Assembly: GCA_963790205.1 (NCBI GenBank)
Contig: CAWBNQ010000014.1
Coordinates: 305,415 to 369,414, forward strand
DNA length: 64,000 nucleotides
Source: Nitrospirota bacterium
Lineage (GTDB): Bacteria; Nitrospirota; UBA9217
Direction: 5' to 3'
Shown: piece by piece, positions 1-9,972 of the stretch
How the letters are laid out: the number at the start of each line of letters is the position of its first letter
How positions within the stretch are numbered: the stretch's first letter is position 1
Notes under the pieces: model-generated
Database searches by the model: none
Told to the model about the DNA's origin: nothing
What the model saw: only the letters and a program-made list of their open reading frames with translations
Program-made: the position numbers and the translations under genes

Positions 1-1213
1 AGTCGTGGAGCTGAGTCCCGAAAACATGCTGGAACATACAGGCAGAATTATTATTGAGCACGGGGTTGCCGGGCAGAAGCGAGAACCCGCTCGTGGCAGA
101 ATCGCTGGCGTAGACCTGTACGCCCCAATTACCCGAACCGTCTACGATCTCGGTGCTCAAAAAAAATGTCCCGTTGTAGTAGAGCACATTGGGAGCGGCC
201 AGGATGCCGTAGGATTGCAGCACTGGAACATCTGAAGCCGTATCCAGATCTTCGGGGGTTGCCGCGCTTCTGGCAAAAATTTGATTGAGCGGCTGTCCTA
301 TTTGGTTCTTAAACCAGTAGATATAATACTGACTGCCGTCGTAGAAAAGATTCGGGTTCTGATTCGAGAAGCCGGACACTCCGGACACAATGGTCTTCAC
401 GTCAGTGAAATTGATCCCGTCCGTGCTGGTGGCAAGAACAATAGAACTGCTGTCAGTGCCGAAACCTTGCTCATAGAGCATGTAAAAGGTGCTTCCCACC
501 ATCAGGACTGACGGCCATCTCTTGTCCGTCGAGAGGGGGTTGCTGGAATACGTGGCCCAGGTCGTCAGGTCATCACTATAGGCCAACCCAATACCTTCGT
601 TTCCTACGAGACCGTAGTAGCCCCAGTATTTATGGCCTCCGAATGAGCCTCCGGGGGTCGGCTCCACGACACTGAGGGTATGAGGCACATCCGACATCTC
701 CCACGACTGACTTTGAGTGAGCACGGTCTGGGGAGCTCCCAGATTGAAATAGCCGGTCAACGTGGTCCCCGTGGATCCGGTTTCAAAATCGTCAAAGAAC
801 TCGAAGGTGCTGCTGCCATTCGATATGCTGGCTGCGGACGCGTTGCCGTAATACAGGTACAGGGTCGTGTTGCCGACCGGAAGTGAAGGCGCCTTCACCC
901 AGATGCTGGCACTCTTGTTGACGGAATCCCACTTCTCGATCCAGAAATTATTAATAAGGGTAGTGCCATCGCTGCCCGTGAAACGCACATCGGAGCCATC
1001 GCTCTTTGCCTTGGTAAAGTCAAAGGAGTTGTCCAGCACGACATGCACCTGGAAGTCTGCCAGGTCCGTGCCGCCCGAATTGCCGACGGTGACGGCAAGG
1101 CGACCGCTCCATGCCGGGTCATACCACGCGGCATGAACCTCTCCGGGGGCCAATAGCTGAACCGTCAATACCGAGACAAAAAACCATAGGGCAATTAAAA
1201 TATTCCTTCTCAT
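1..1213 (-). CDS. Secreted DUF2341-domain protein followed by a beta-propeller glycoside-hydrolase-like region (runs off the left edge)
   Basis: Manual translation from ATG 1213 (RBS GGAGG): signal peptide MRRNILIALWFFVSVLTVQLLAPGEVHA, then AWYDPAWSGRLAVTV..DFQV..KSDGSDVRF..FWIEKWD..IWVKAP..LYLYYGN..TFEFFDDFE (DUF2341 pattern), then IGLAYSDDLTTW / IVLATSTDGINF propeller blades. Missing from the ORF track because there is no stop in the window. Confidence 0.8.
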   Translation of the reverse strand, partial: MRRNILIALWFFVSVLTVQLLAPGEVHAAWYDPAWSGRLAVTVGNSGGTDLADFQVHVVLDNSFDFTKAKSDGSDVRFTGSDGTTLINNFWIEKWDSVNKSASIWVKAPSLPVGNTTLYLYYGNASAASISNGSSTFEFFDDFETGSTGTTLTGYFNLGAPQTVLTQSQSWEMSDVPHTLSVVEPTPGGSFGGHKYWGYYGLVGNEGIGLAYSDDLTTWATYSSNPLSTDKRWPSVLMVGSTFYMLYEQGFGTDSSSIVLATSTDGINFTDVKTIVSGVSGFSNQNPNLFYDGSQYYIYWFKNQIGQPLNQIFARSAATPEDLDTASDVPVLQSYGILAAPNVLYYNGTFFLSTEIVDGSGNWGVQVYASDSATSGFSLLPGNPVLNNNSACMFQHVFGTQLHD

Positions 1214-1330
1214 ATTGATTTCCTCCTTTGACATCCTGGAATGGTTGTTATGCGTACTATGGCATACACGATAGTGCAGAAGTGATTGGGCGCAATGAGC
1301 AAATGTACAGATACAGATCTGGGAGGCAGG

Positions 1331-2098
1331 TTAACGAGTCGTAATGGATCCAAACCGTCTGACCAGCATTAATCGCAGCGTATTGATCACCGTTCGACCG
1401 ACCTTCATGCTGGAACTTCCCCTCTTGAAGTCGTACCGCAATATCATCGGGACCTCCCCGACGATGGGATCGAACCGCCTGAGCTTGATAAGAATGTCGG
1501 ACATGCACTGAAATCCCTGCTGATCGATGAATTTGTCCCCATATTCTCCAAAGGCCCTGCGGAGCAGGTCCGCGCGATAGGCCCTGAAACCGCACGTGTA
1601 ATCCCGGGTCCCTCTCATGGGGAAGACGGTCCTCATCATCATGCTGGCTCCCACACTCGTCAACCTGCGCAGCCAGCTCAATCCGACCACCCGTGCGCCG
1701 TCCCTGAACCGCGAGGCGATGACGATGTCGTGTCCTTCAAGCACCTTCTGCACCATCGAGGGGATCAACCCGGCGGGCTGCGTATTGTCCGCATCCATGG
1801 TGATGACGATATCCCCGGGCTTCGCTTCGTTCACCGCTTTCTGGAGAGCATCCCTGATGGTCGGACCCAGGCCCTGATTCTGCTCATGCACCACGATCTC
1901 CAGGGGGATCTTCTTTGCATATTCCCTCAGGATATTCCGTGTCTGATCAACGCTGCCGTCATCCACAACGACATACAGGCGATCGAACCCATAGCCCAGC
2001 GCCAGGCCGATGACATTCTCGAAGGTGTCCAGCAATGCGCCGATATTGAGGGCCTCGTTATATGCGGGCAACGCAATGATGATCCTGGGTCTGCTCAT
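1331..2098 (-). CDS. Glycosyltransferase family 2 (DPM1-like polyprenol-phosphate glycosyltransferase)
   Basis: IIIALPAYNEA, VVVDDGSVD, NQGLG, ITMDAD, DYTCGFRAY motifs. Confidence 0.9.
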   Translation of the reverse strand: MSRPRIIIALPAYNEALNIGALLDTFENVIGLALGYGFDRLYVVVDDGSVDQTRNILREYAKKIPLEIVVHEQNQGLGPTIRDALQKAVNEAKPGDIVITMDADNTQPAGLIPSMVQKVLEGHDIVIASRFRDGARVVGLSWLRRLTSVGASMMMRTVFPMRGTRDYTCGFRAYRADLLRRAFGEYGDKFIDQQGFQCMSDILIKLRRFDPIVGEVPMILRYDFKRGSSSMKVGRTVINTLRLMLVRRFGSITTR

Positions 2099-2144
2099 AC
2101 GGTAATCTCCTTCCCGGCGACTCGCGACCGTGTGCGGGTCAGCG

Positions 2145-3290
2145 TCATGCATGAAGTCTTGTTTGACCATTGCCGTCAAAGGCGCGTTCCAGCACCTCAA
2201 GAATCCTTTTCGACGCCAGGCCGTCCCCGTAGGGATTATCGCCTGTCGCCATCCGGCTGTAATGATCGGGATCGTTCAGCAAAGCGAAGGCCTCTCGAAC
2301 GATGGTTTCCCGGGACGTTCCAACCAGCCTGGTCACCCCCCGGTCCACCCCCTCGGTCCGTTCCGTGACTTCCCTCATCACCAGCACCGGCTTGGAAAGC
2401 GAAGGCGCCTCTTCCTGTACTCCGCCGGAATCGGTAAGGATGATGTACGACCTGTTCATCAAATAGATCATGGTGGGATAATCGACGGGTTCTATGAGAT
2501 GAATATTCTTCCTGTTGCCGAGTATGCGAAATACCGGTTCCCTGACATTGGGATTGAGATGCACCGGGTAGATGATCTCGACCCGATCATCCTGAGCTAT
2601 CTCGCGCAATGCAGAGCATATGCTTTCAAATGGGCTGCCAAAACTTTCTCGACGGTGGCCGGTCACCAGGAGTATTTTTCTTGAGAAATCGATGTCCTTC
2701 AGTGCCGGGGTGATATGTTCCATACTCATGGTGTTTACTTCCTTTAGCCCCAACAGGAGCGCATCGACGACCGTATTGCCCACGACATATATCTTCTCAC
2801 GGGAAATTCCCTCCTTCAGCAGGTTGCTCGCGGCCCGCTCGGTGGGCGCAAAATGGTAATCAGAGAGATGGGTCGCCAGCACCCTGTTGACCTCTTCCGG
2901 ATAGGGGGAGAACCGCACATTGCTCCTCAGCCCTGCTTCGATATGCGCGACGGAGATCCTGTGATAGAATGCGGTAAGGGCGCCGATCATGGTTGTCGTC
3001 GTGTCGCCTTGAACAATGACCAGGTCCGGTTTCACCTCCTCCATCACCGTGCCAAGGGACCGCAGGGTACAGGACGCAAGCTCATGGAGGGTCTGGTTCC
3101 GCTGCATGAGATGGAGGTCGTAGTCAGGAATCAAGTGGAAAAAATCCAGGACCTGCTGCAGCATTTCCTGATGCTGGCCTGTTGAGCACACCCGGGTAAT
3201 AAAGCGGTCCGATGCCCTGGCTTGATGGATGAGGGGCGCCAGCTTGATCGCTTCCGGACGTGTTCCAAAAATGAAGAGGATCGTCGGCAT
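2145..3290 (-). CDS. wecB: UDP-N-acetylglucosamine 2-epimerase (non-hydrolysing)
   Basis: FGTRPEAIKLAP, TGQH, QGDTTT, HIEAGLRS, PEEVNR, TDSGGVQEEAP, TERTEG, NPYGDG. Confidence 0.95.
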   Translation of the reverse strand: MPTILFIFGTRPEAIKLAPLIHQARASDRFITRVCSTGQHQEMLQQVLDFFHLIPDYDLHLMQRNQTLHELASCTLRSLGTVMEEVKPDLVIVQGDTTTTMIGALTAFYHRISVAHIEAGLRSNVRFSPYPEEVNRVLATHLSDYHFAPTERAASNLLKEGISREKIYVVGNTVVDALLLGLKEVNTMSMEHITPALKDIDFSRKILLVTGHRRESFGSPFESICSALREIAQDDRVEIIYPVHLNPNVREPVFRILGNRKNIHLIEPVDYPTMIYLMNRSYIILTDSGGVQEEAPSLSKPVLVMREVTERTEGVDRGVTRLVGTSRETIVREAFALLNDPDHYSRMATGDNPYGDGLASKRILEVLERAFDGNGQTRLHA

Positions 3291-3329
3291 TTTATCTCCG
3301 TTCAACGCCGGCCTTCGGCGCAGCTCGCT

Positions 3330-4268
3330 TCAATAACCCCTCTCCAGGTTCGCTTTTTTAAGACTGCGAACATTGATCAGCATCAGGACGGCGCCTATGG
3401 CGCCGGGAAGCACGATCAGCGTCAGGTTCACGATCATCGACGCCGCCAGCGTGAGGTGTTTCTCTATGCCGACTCCTCCCAACAGTTGCACCATAAGCGC
3501 GTCGGCCGATCCAAGCCCCGAAATGGATATGGGGAGCATGCGGAGTATGTTGATCAAAGGAGCTATGGCAAACGTGTAGCCCATCCCAATATGGGCCCCT
3601 ACGGCCCAGACCGCAAGAAAATACATCAGGTTCGTGATCATCCATCCCACGATGGATATGATCAAAGCTCCGAAAAAGGTCGGTAGGCTCATATGAAAGG
3701 ACCGCAAGAGAAGCTCGACATCAAGGTTCCTGTGCAACACTCTCTTCGCGAGCACCGCCAGCATCTTCCACAGCCAGCGGACGGGAACCAGGAGAATGAT
3801 GCCCGCAGGAACGGTCAGCGCCGCCGCCAGGAGGGCAAGCTTCGTATCCCCGGAGAAAAATCCCCCGATCGCCCCAAGCAGGAATAACGAGAAGAGCGCC
3901 ACAACCTTGTCCGAGAGCGACGTTGCCAGCATTTCCTCTTTATGGCCGTACTGTTGCCAGCCGTAATAGCTGCGGACCACATCGCCTGCGCTGGCGGGAA
4001 GGAACAGGTTCAAGGCCATCCCGATGAACGTTGCATTTGTTATGGAAGCCAGAGAAACCGGGATTCCCCTGCGGATCAACAGATAGTACCATCTCCACGC
4101 CCGCGCCAGTACGGCCGGGACCATAATCGCAGTTATTAAAGCTATGGATGAGTAACTGGCTCCCTTTAAGGAATCAGCTAATTGTTCCGGCGACACCATC
4201 CGGAACAACCACCAGAAGCAGGCAAAAGAGCCTAATGCCTGAATCAGAAATCGCGCCCGGTTATTCAT
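3330..4268 (-). CDS. Lysylphosphatidylglycerol-synthase TM / flippase-like membrane protein
   Basis: Multi-TM protein; RAWRW, NLFLPASAGDVVR, LPISISGLG motifs. Confidence 0.85.
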   Translation of the reverse strand: MNNRARFLIQALGSFACFWWLFRMVSPEQLADSLKGASYSSIALITAIMVPAVLARAWRWYYLLIRRGIPVSLASITNATFIGMALNLFLPASAGDVVRSYYGWQQYGHKEEMLATSLSDKVVALFSLFLLGAIGGFFSGDTKLALLAAALTVPAGIILLVPVRWLWKMLAVLAKRVLHRNLDVELLLRSFHMSLPTFFGALIISIVGWMITNLMYFLAVWAVGAHIGMGYTFAIAPLINILRMLPISISGLGSADALMVQLLGGVGIEKHLTLAASMIVNLTLIVLPGAIGAVLMLINVRSLKKANLERGY

Positions 4269-4335
4269 GATAACTTACCATTGGATTTTCGATGCGGTTG
4301 CCTTTACGACAGGTCATATTTCCTAAATTTACTCC

Positions 4336-6009
4336 CTAATTGAACTTAAAAACGCTTATCTCTCCGAAAGGCTGCGTGAAAATGAGACCCCTCTTCTGCT
4401 GTAAAAAGTTGTACACGATTCTGTCTTGATCGTAGAGATCTTCCCGCCTGGTAATTAACCATACCGGTGATTTCTCTGCAATCACGCTGCTTATCACGGG
4501 AATATCAGCAGGTCGTATACGTGAATCGAGACGCTCCAAAGCGATTCCTGAGTAGGACATTGGAAGCGGCAAAGGACTTATTTGAAGATTCTTGTTGGTA
4601 GTTCTCTTCGCGTAATATGAAAAAGGGACTTCGAGATAATTTGGAACAAACAACACAACATCTCCCCTGGCTTGCTGAACCACGGTCTGTGCAATCCTGT
4701 CCCAGGGTTCCTTCTTTTCCTTTTCATCCTTCACGTGATAGACATACGACCCGCTCAGGAAAAAGAGCGAAATTATGATTGTGGCAAGAACACGTTTCCT
4801 TGAATCGCGCAGCATCATGATCCCTGCAGCAACGGCTATAAAGAAAGGCACACTCACATATATAAGCGTCCTCGCAAGAAAGATCGGCCTGAACGTTAAA
4901 CTGAACAGGAGTTCCATCAGAATTGGTCCGACTATTGCGCCAAGAATAAGGAGAGAGACATATTTGCCGGAACGTCTCCGGATATTCAGCAACCCCGCTG
5001 TGGCAAGGGTGATGAGAAACACAAAAGCACCTGCCCTGAGAAGCTCGTTTACCATTGAGGTGGTCCATGGGATCGAATGTCCACGGAGGAACCAGGCAAC
5101 TGTCTTGATCTCATTTAGCACGGTGGTCCATGAGATCGAGGTCCCAAAGAGAAGCCAAACAACGGTATCAATTGCGGACAGGGCCGTTGGTTTTGAAATC
5201 GGAAGGCTCGTACTCATTGTTTGGGGTATAAGAAAGATCAGGTACGGACCCCACAGCAAGAATACAATAAAGGCAATCCCTGCAATATTGATAAGGAAAG
5301 TTTTATTAAACCTTAGTTGAAAGAAAAACCATGCCAGCATAATCAAGGATAGCGTAACAATGTATAAGATTGAGGTACTGTGGAGCCAAAGAGTAAACGT
5401 TACGGCGACTATTATGGTCATCCAGGGCAGGAACTTAAACCACCCGCTTCCCTTTGCGGGGTTCTGTTTCGGGTCGGACGATTTTCTGATTATGGGTTCG
5501 CAGGCTTCTGCCGGGTGGCGCATGATCCAGAGAAATGCACATAATGTCAAAGTTGCTGCAAACGTGAGCATCGCATATGGCCGGGCCTCCTGGGCATATT
5601 CGATATGCACGGAAAACACAGCAAACAGTAATGCTGCTATTGCACCTACCCAGCCCCCTTCAATAGATTCCCCCATGAGCCTGCCGAGCATGAAGACTAA
5701 GGGGATGCATCCTATGCTCATTACCGCGGACAAGCTTCGTAATCCTGCTTCACTTGACCCGAATAAGCTCCTCCAGATTTTTAAAATCGTGTAATAGAGT
5801 GGAGGGTTTGTTTCAAATTTAGCTATAATGGTCCAAAGCTCGGGAATCGTTTTGCTTGAAAACCAATAACTCGCGGTTTCATCAACCCAAAGCGATTGCT
5901 GACCAATTTGATAGAATCTGAGGAAGCAGCCCAGTATGATCGAGAACGCCAGCAGGTAACGATATTCGATCCGCCTTCCTTGGACCATTGGCATGTCTTC
6001 GGATTTCAT
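4336..6009 (-). CDS. GT-C fold membrane glycosyltransferase (GT39/PMT/ArnT-like)
   Basis: SLWVDE, NPPLYY, LRSLSA, YAQEARPYA motifs; many TM helices. Confidence 0.85.
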   Translation of the reverse strand: MKSEDMPMVQGRRIEYRYLLAFSIILGCFLRFYQIGQQSLWVDETASYWFSSKTIPELWTIIAKFETNPPLYYTILKIWRSLFGSSEAGLRSLSAVMSIGCIPLVFMLGRLMGESIEGGWVGAIAALLFAVFSVHIEYAQEARPYAMLTFAATLTLCAFLWIMRHPAEACEPIIRKSSDPKQNPAKGSGWFKFLPWMTIIVAVTFTLWLHSTSILYIVTLSLIMLAWFFFQLRFNKTFLINIAGIAFIVFLLWGPYLIFLIPQTMSTSLPISKPTALSAIDTVVWLLFGTSISWTTVLNEIKTVAWFLRGHSIPWTTSMVNELLRAGAFVFLITLATAGLLNIRRRSGKYVSLLILGAIVGPILMELLFSLTFRPIFLARTLIYVSVPFFIAVAAGIMMLRDSRKRVLATIIISLFFLSGSYVYHVKDEKEKKEPWDRIAQTVVQQARGDVVLFVPNYLEVPFSYYAKRTTNKNLQISPLPLPMSYSGIALERLDSRIRPADIPVISSVIAEKSPVWLITRREDLYDQDRIVYNFLQQKRGLIFTQPFGEISVFKFN

Positions 6010-6034
6010 TCTCTTCTCCGTTGGCCTGCAGGTA

Positions 6035-7180
6035 TCAAAGCCCCAGGTACCGGGCTATGATGTTTCTCTGGATCTCCGAGGTCCCGGAATACAGAGTGCC
6101 CCCGATGGCATCCCGGAGGTCGCGTTCCACTTCGTATTCCGTCGTATAACCGTACCCGCCGTGGATCTGAATGGCATCGAGACAGGAATGCACCCAGGAC
6201 TCGCTCAGGTATAATTTTGCAAGAGCTGCATCCATGGCTGCTTTCCCGCGGGCCTGTTTCGTCCATGCCACTTTGTACAGAAGGAGCCTGGCGGTTTCCA
6301 TCCGCACCTTCATGTCCACGATTTTGTTGGCAATGGACTGGTACTTTCCGATCGACTTGCCAAATTGCTTTCGTTCCTTGGAATACCTGATGCATTGCTC
6401 CAGCTGCCGCTCCATCCCACCCAGCAGGCTGGCCAGGATGCAGCCCCGTTCCCATTCCACGGTGTCTTCGAAGATCGCCGCGCCGTTCCCCTCCTTGCCG
6501 AGACGGTTCTCCACGGGCACCTTGCAGTCCTCCAGGATCAGCTCGGCCATGGGTGCGGTCCGTAAGCCCATTTTCTCGATGTCCCTTCCTACACGGAACC
6601 CGGGGAAACCTTTCTCCACAAGAAAGGCGGTGACGCCCATGAACCCCTTGCGTTTATCCACCGTGGCAAATACTATAAAAAGATCGGCCACGGGCGCCGA
6701 GGTGCAGAATGTCTTCGTGCCGTTCAGGACATAATGGTCGCCATCCAGCTTTGCCATGGTCGTCATGCTGAAGGCATCGGAGCCTGCGTCCGGCTCCGTC
6801 ACGCCGTTCGCCCCGACCAGTTCGCCACTGCAGAGCCGGGGCAGGTATTTGTCCTTTTGCGCGTCCGTGCCGAACCTCAGGATCGGCATCTGCACGGTCC
6901 ACATCTGGCCGTTGATCGCGAAGATCAGGCCGCTGTCCTTGCACCCGTATCCCAGGCCCTCCATCAGGAGCATGGTGCTGAAGATATCGGCGTTCAGCCC
7001 GCCGTACTGCTCGGGAAATGCTGAGCCCTGGATGCCGAATTCGGCGCACTTTTTCCAGAGCTCGCGGGAGAAGATGCCGCACCGGTCCCGTTCAATGACA
7101 TCGTCGTTCAGCGCCTTTTGAGCAAACTGGATGGCGCTTTTTTTGAACTCCAACTGTTCTTCGCTGAATTCGAAATCCAC
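6035..7180 (-). CDS. Acyl-CoA dehydrogenase family protein, resembling L-prolyl-carrier-protein dehydrogenases (AnaB/PltE/RedW-like)
   Basis: TEPDAGSD, LNGTKTF, RKQFGK, QIHGGYG, YSGTSEIQRNII; EGLGYGCKDSGLIFA segment recalls AnaB-type enzymes. Confidence 0.85.
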   Translation of the reverse strand: MDFEFSEEQLEFKKSAIQFAQKALNDDVIERDRCGIFSRELWKKCAEFGIQGSAFPEQYGGLNADIFSTMLLMEGLGYGCKDSGLIFAINGQMWTVQMPILRFGTDAQKDKYLPRLCSGELVGANGVTEPDAGSDAFSMTTMAKLDGDHYVLNGTKTFCTSAPVADLFIVFATVDKRKGFMGVTAFLVEKGFPGFRVGRDIEKMGLRTAPMAELILEDCKVPVENRLGKEGNGAAIFEDTVEWERGCILASLLGGMERQLEQCIRYSKERKQFGKSIGKYQSIANKIVDMKVRMETARLLLYKVAWTKQARGKAAMDAALAKLYLSESWVHSCLDAIQIHGGYGYTTEYEVERDLRDAIGGTLYSGTSEIQRNIIARYLGL

Positions 7181-7312
7181 AATGCCACCTCCTTCCGCAC
7201 CCTTGTTGCTGGAATAGCCCTTTCAACCTGCCGGGCGTGCTCCCGGACCCGCCGGCATCTCAGGGAGATATTACCAATATTGCCCCTGTTGTGCATCGTG
7301 TTATGGCTATTT

Positions 7313-8332
7313 TCATCTTCTGTATGAACTGTTATTCGAAAGACGTTTCAAAAATGTTTTAACTGCAGAGAAGAATATGAACGAATCATGTTCTTTTCCG
7401 GATTCCTGGTATTCTTCAATAATATTTTTATAATAACCCTCAAAAAAGAATTGAGCGTTTATATTATAAGACGCTGCCATTTTTTTTACTCTTGTTGCCA
7501 TTTGCAGTGTACTTTGAGAAACGGTCTTTGTACTTACCTCGTCAAAATTTAAGGAAAACATAACGTTGCTGCACTTAATGTCTTGACATAATTGCAGGAA
7601 ATTTGCTACTTCATCTTCTCTATCATTGTCTTTAAATAAAATATATTTTAACCCGACATTACTCGCATTATTTGAACAAGCAACGTAGTTTTTAATGTTA
7701 TTAACGACAGTATGAAACTTGTCTACGCCATGTACGATCTTATAAACGTCGAGAGTCCCGCAATCCAGGCTTATACAAATTGTACAAGCGCCAACCTTAA
7801 GTAAGTTGGCAATTTGTTCCGAAAATACGATAGCATTGGTATTGACAGACTGTTTCTTATTTTTTAAAAATATATATTCGCTGGTATCCTTAAATTCCGG
7901 GAGTATGGTTGGTTCGCCGCCTCCCCAATGAAAATAGGCATTTTCATGAAGAATGTTCGATTCCAAAAGATCTACAATGGTCGGATAAATATTGTATGAA
8001 GGGGAGGGGTGTTTCCAAAAGTCACAGTAAACACACTTGGCATTACAAATAGATCGTTGATGGTTTATAGCAACATTCCGTATTTGCATTGATTGGCTTG
8101 GTTGTTCCTTGTCTTGTAACAACGGGCATTTATTACAAGGTCCTTCATTGTTCTGATTCGCTTCAGAAGCAATTGAAAGGGCCTTTCTATATTGATCTAA
8201 AGGGAATTTCCCTCCAGAATACGACACATGAGGCGGGACGATCCTCAAAATGTCACAGCACGGTTGAATCCGGTCAGGTTCAATGTTCAGGTTAGTGTAA
8301 AAAAGCTCACAATATTTCATTGCATCCTCCAT
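7313..8332 (-). CDS. Radical SAM protein (AT-rich gene)
   Basis: CNAKCVYC (CX3CX2C), WGGGEPT, NTNA, ISLD; extra N-terminal Cys cluster. Confidence 0.85.
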   Translation of the reverse strand: MEDAMKYCELFYTNLNIEPDRIQPCCDILRIVPPHVSYSGGKFPLDQYRKALSIASEANQNNEGPCNKCPLLQDKEQPSQSMQIRNVAINHQRSICNAKCVYCDFWKHPSPSYNIYPTIVDLLESNILHENAYFHWGGGEPTILPEFKDTSEYIFLKNKKQSVNTNAIVFSEQIANLLKVGACTICISLDCGTLDVYKIVHGVDKFHTVVNNIKNYVACSNNASNVGLKYILFKDNDREDEVANFLQLCQDIKCSNVMFSLNFDEVSTKTVSQSTLQMATRVKKMAASYNINAQFFFEGYYKNIIEEYQESGKEHDSFIFFSAVKTFLKRLSNNSSYRR

Positions 8333-8334
8333 GC

Positions 8335-8421
8335 TTTTTGTTCATTAGAGCAGAATCTCAGTATCGGCATCTGCACAGTCCACTTCCGGCTGCTGATCGC
8401 GAAAATCAAGCCGCTGTTCTT
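8335..8421 (-). pseudogene. Degenerate duplicated fragment of the acyl-CoA dehydrogenase gene
   Basis: Translates KNSGLIFAISSRKWTVQMPILRF vs KDSGLIFAINGQMWTVQMPILRF at about 6854-6940. Confidence 0.8.
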
Positions 8422-8527
8422 TCCCAAAGAAATGCCGGCAGGAATCCGGGAGCATGTCCGGCGGTTGAAAGGGCTATTCCAATTGATCGTCGGACAATGA
8501 GTGCAGGGCCTGGACCACTGGCGAAAA

Positions 8528-8779
8528 CTACTTGTTCTGCATCTTCTGTTCGACAAACTTGACCATGCTGTTAAGACTTTGAAAGTTCTCGGGGACCACA
8601 TCCTCGTCCCTCACCTTTATGCCGTGGGCCTTCTCCAGAAAAACCACCAGCTTCAGGATTCCCATTGAATCGATGATCCTTTGTTCGAGAAGGTCCTCAT
8701 CAGGGTCCAGTGACTGCTTGCCAAAGTCAGCGGCTATCTCCGTAAGCAGGAACTTTTCGATATTTTTTGAAGTCGTCAT
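8528..8779 (-). CDS. Acyl/peptidyl carrier protein
   Basis: 83 aa, acidic; IIDSMGILKLV phosphopantetheine Ser motif, VVPENF. Confidence 0.9.
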   Translation of the reverse strand: MTTSKNIEKFLLTEIAADFGKQSLDPDEDLLEQRIIDSMGILKLVVFLEKAHGIKVRDEDVVPENFQSLNSMVKFVEQKMQNK

Positions 8780-8878
8780 CGGAATACCTCCTCACCTTGC
8801 TCTCATTTTGTCGATTCTCACTGCTGAACTCTTTTTGGGATTCAATTCCTGCCCAACTGACGGGAAATTCTTCACTGC

Positions 8879-9901
8879 CTACGCACCTTCGGGAAAGCCG
8901 CCAAATGCTTCAACATATTGACCGGGCCGCCACGAACCCCTTACCATGAGAATATTGAGACAATAGAGTTTGAAACCCAGTCCCTCAAGGGCCCTGACGA
9001 GCAAAGAATCCCTGGCCGTGACGCGCGTTTGACACGGCCTCTCGCCGAAGACTCCTACTGCATGGTGGAACAGGCCCTGAGCTTCCTCTTCTCCTTCGGC
9101 GACCAGGGGGCCAAGCTGCACCGATCGTGAGCCGGGAAGACACGCCAGAAATCCCCGGATCTGCGAGCGATCTCGATGGACAAAAACCTTGCCCCATTTG
9201 ACATAATAGGCAAGGTCTGGCCTGCGGTCCAGTTTGCTTCTTGGAATATCATAGGTGGATACCGCATCGAGGTCGTTCGTTGTTAATTCACTTATTGTGA
9301 CGCACGGATCCTTTCCCGTTCGTACGCCTGGATTCAGAAAGAGATCCAGCAGCTCCGTCACCGGCATGAAATCGAGTGAGTAATACAAAGAAAAGGACGC
9401 AGGATTGAACGCCTCCTGGAAAAGTCTTAGGCTCTGCAGACCTTCCGCCCTCTTGAGAAGAGCGTTCATCAACTGTCGTCCGATTCCCTGTCCTTGAAAG
9501 GAGGGATCAACGGCAACAGGCCCAACGCCTCCAAGATCGCCCCGCGGATTGAGACAACAGATACCTACCGCACGATCTTCCACCTCGGCGATCAGGATTT
9601 CACCCGGACCATGGCGAAGCATGGCCCAGGCCCAGGATGTTCCTTCCTGCGCGCTCTGCATTCTCGGAGCGTATCCATGTTTCGATGCACCGACAGTGTA
9701 CGCCTTGAAGAGGATTTCTCCCGCCCGGTCCAGGTCCGCTCTGGTCATATTCCGTATCCGGGTCTGTACCTGCGCTTCCTGAACACTGAGAATCGGCGGA
9801 TTCTGGGGCTTTTCCGCAGGGTGCTCTCCGGCCAAATTGTCGCGATCATCGTATGTCATACGTGGTGATCTAACCGGACATCCAGGAAGAGGGACCAGCA
9901 T
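8879..9901 (-). CDS. Tandem GNAT-fold N-acyltransferase
   Basis: VAVDPSFQGQGIGRQLM acetyl-CoA motif; second degenerate domain with LGPLVA; true start probably downstream. Confidence 0.8.
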   Translation of the reverse strand: MLVPLPGCPVRSPRMTYDDRDNLAGEHPAEKPQNPPILSVQEAQVQTRIRNMTRADLDRAGEILFKAYTVGASKHGYAPRMQSAQEGTSWAWAMLRHGPGEILIAEVEDRAVGICCLNPRGDLGGVGPVAVDPSFQGQGIGRQLMNALLKRAEGLQSLRLFQEAFNPASFSLYYSLDFMPVTELLDLFLNPGVRTGKDPCVTISELTTNDLDAVSTYDIPRSKLDRRPDLAYYVKWGKVFVHRDRSQIRGFLACLPGSRSVQLGPLVAEGEEEAQGLFHHAVGVFGERPCQTRVTARDSLLVRALEGLGFKLYCLNILMVRGSWRPGQYVEAFGGFPEGA

Positions 9902-9972
9902 AGGGTTCCTCTGTTCTCCCTACGCCCGCCCTGCCGTCCATGCGTCGTTCGGGTCGTTCTTTCTTCGCCTGT

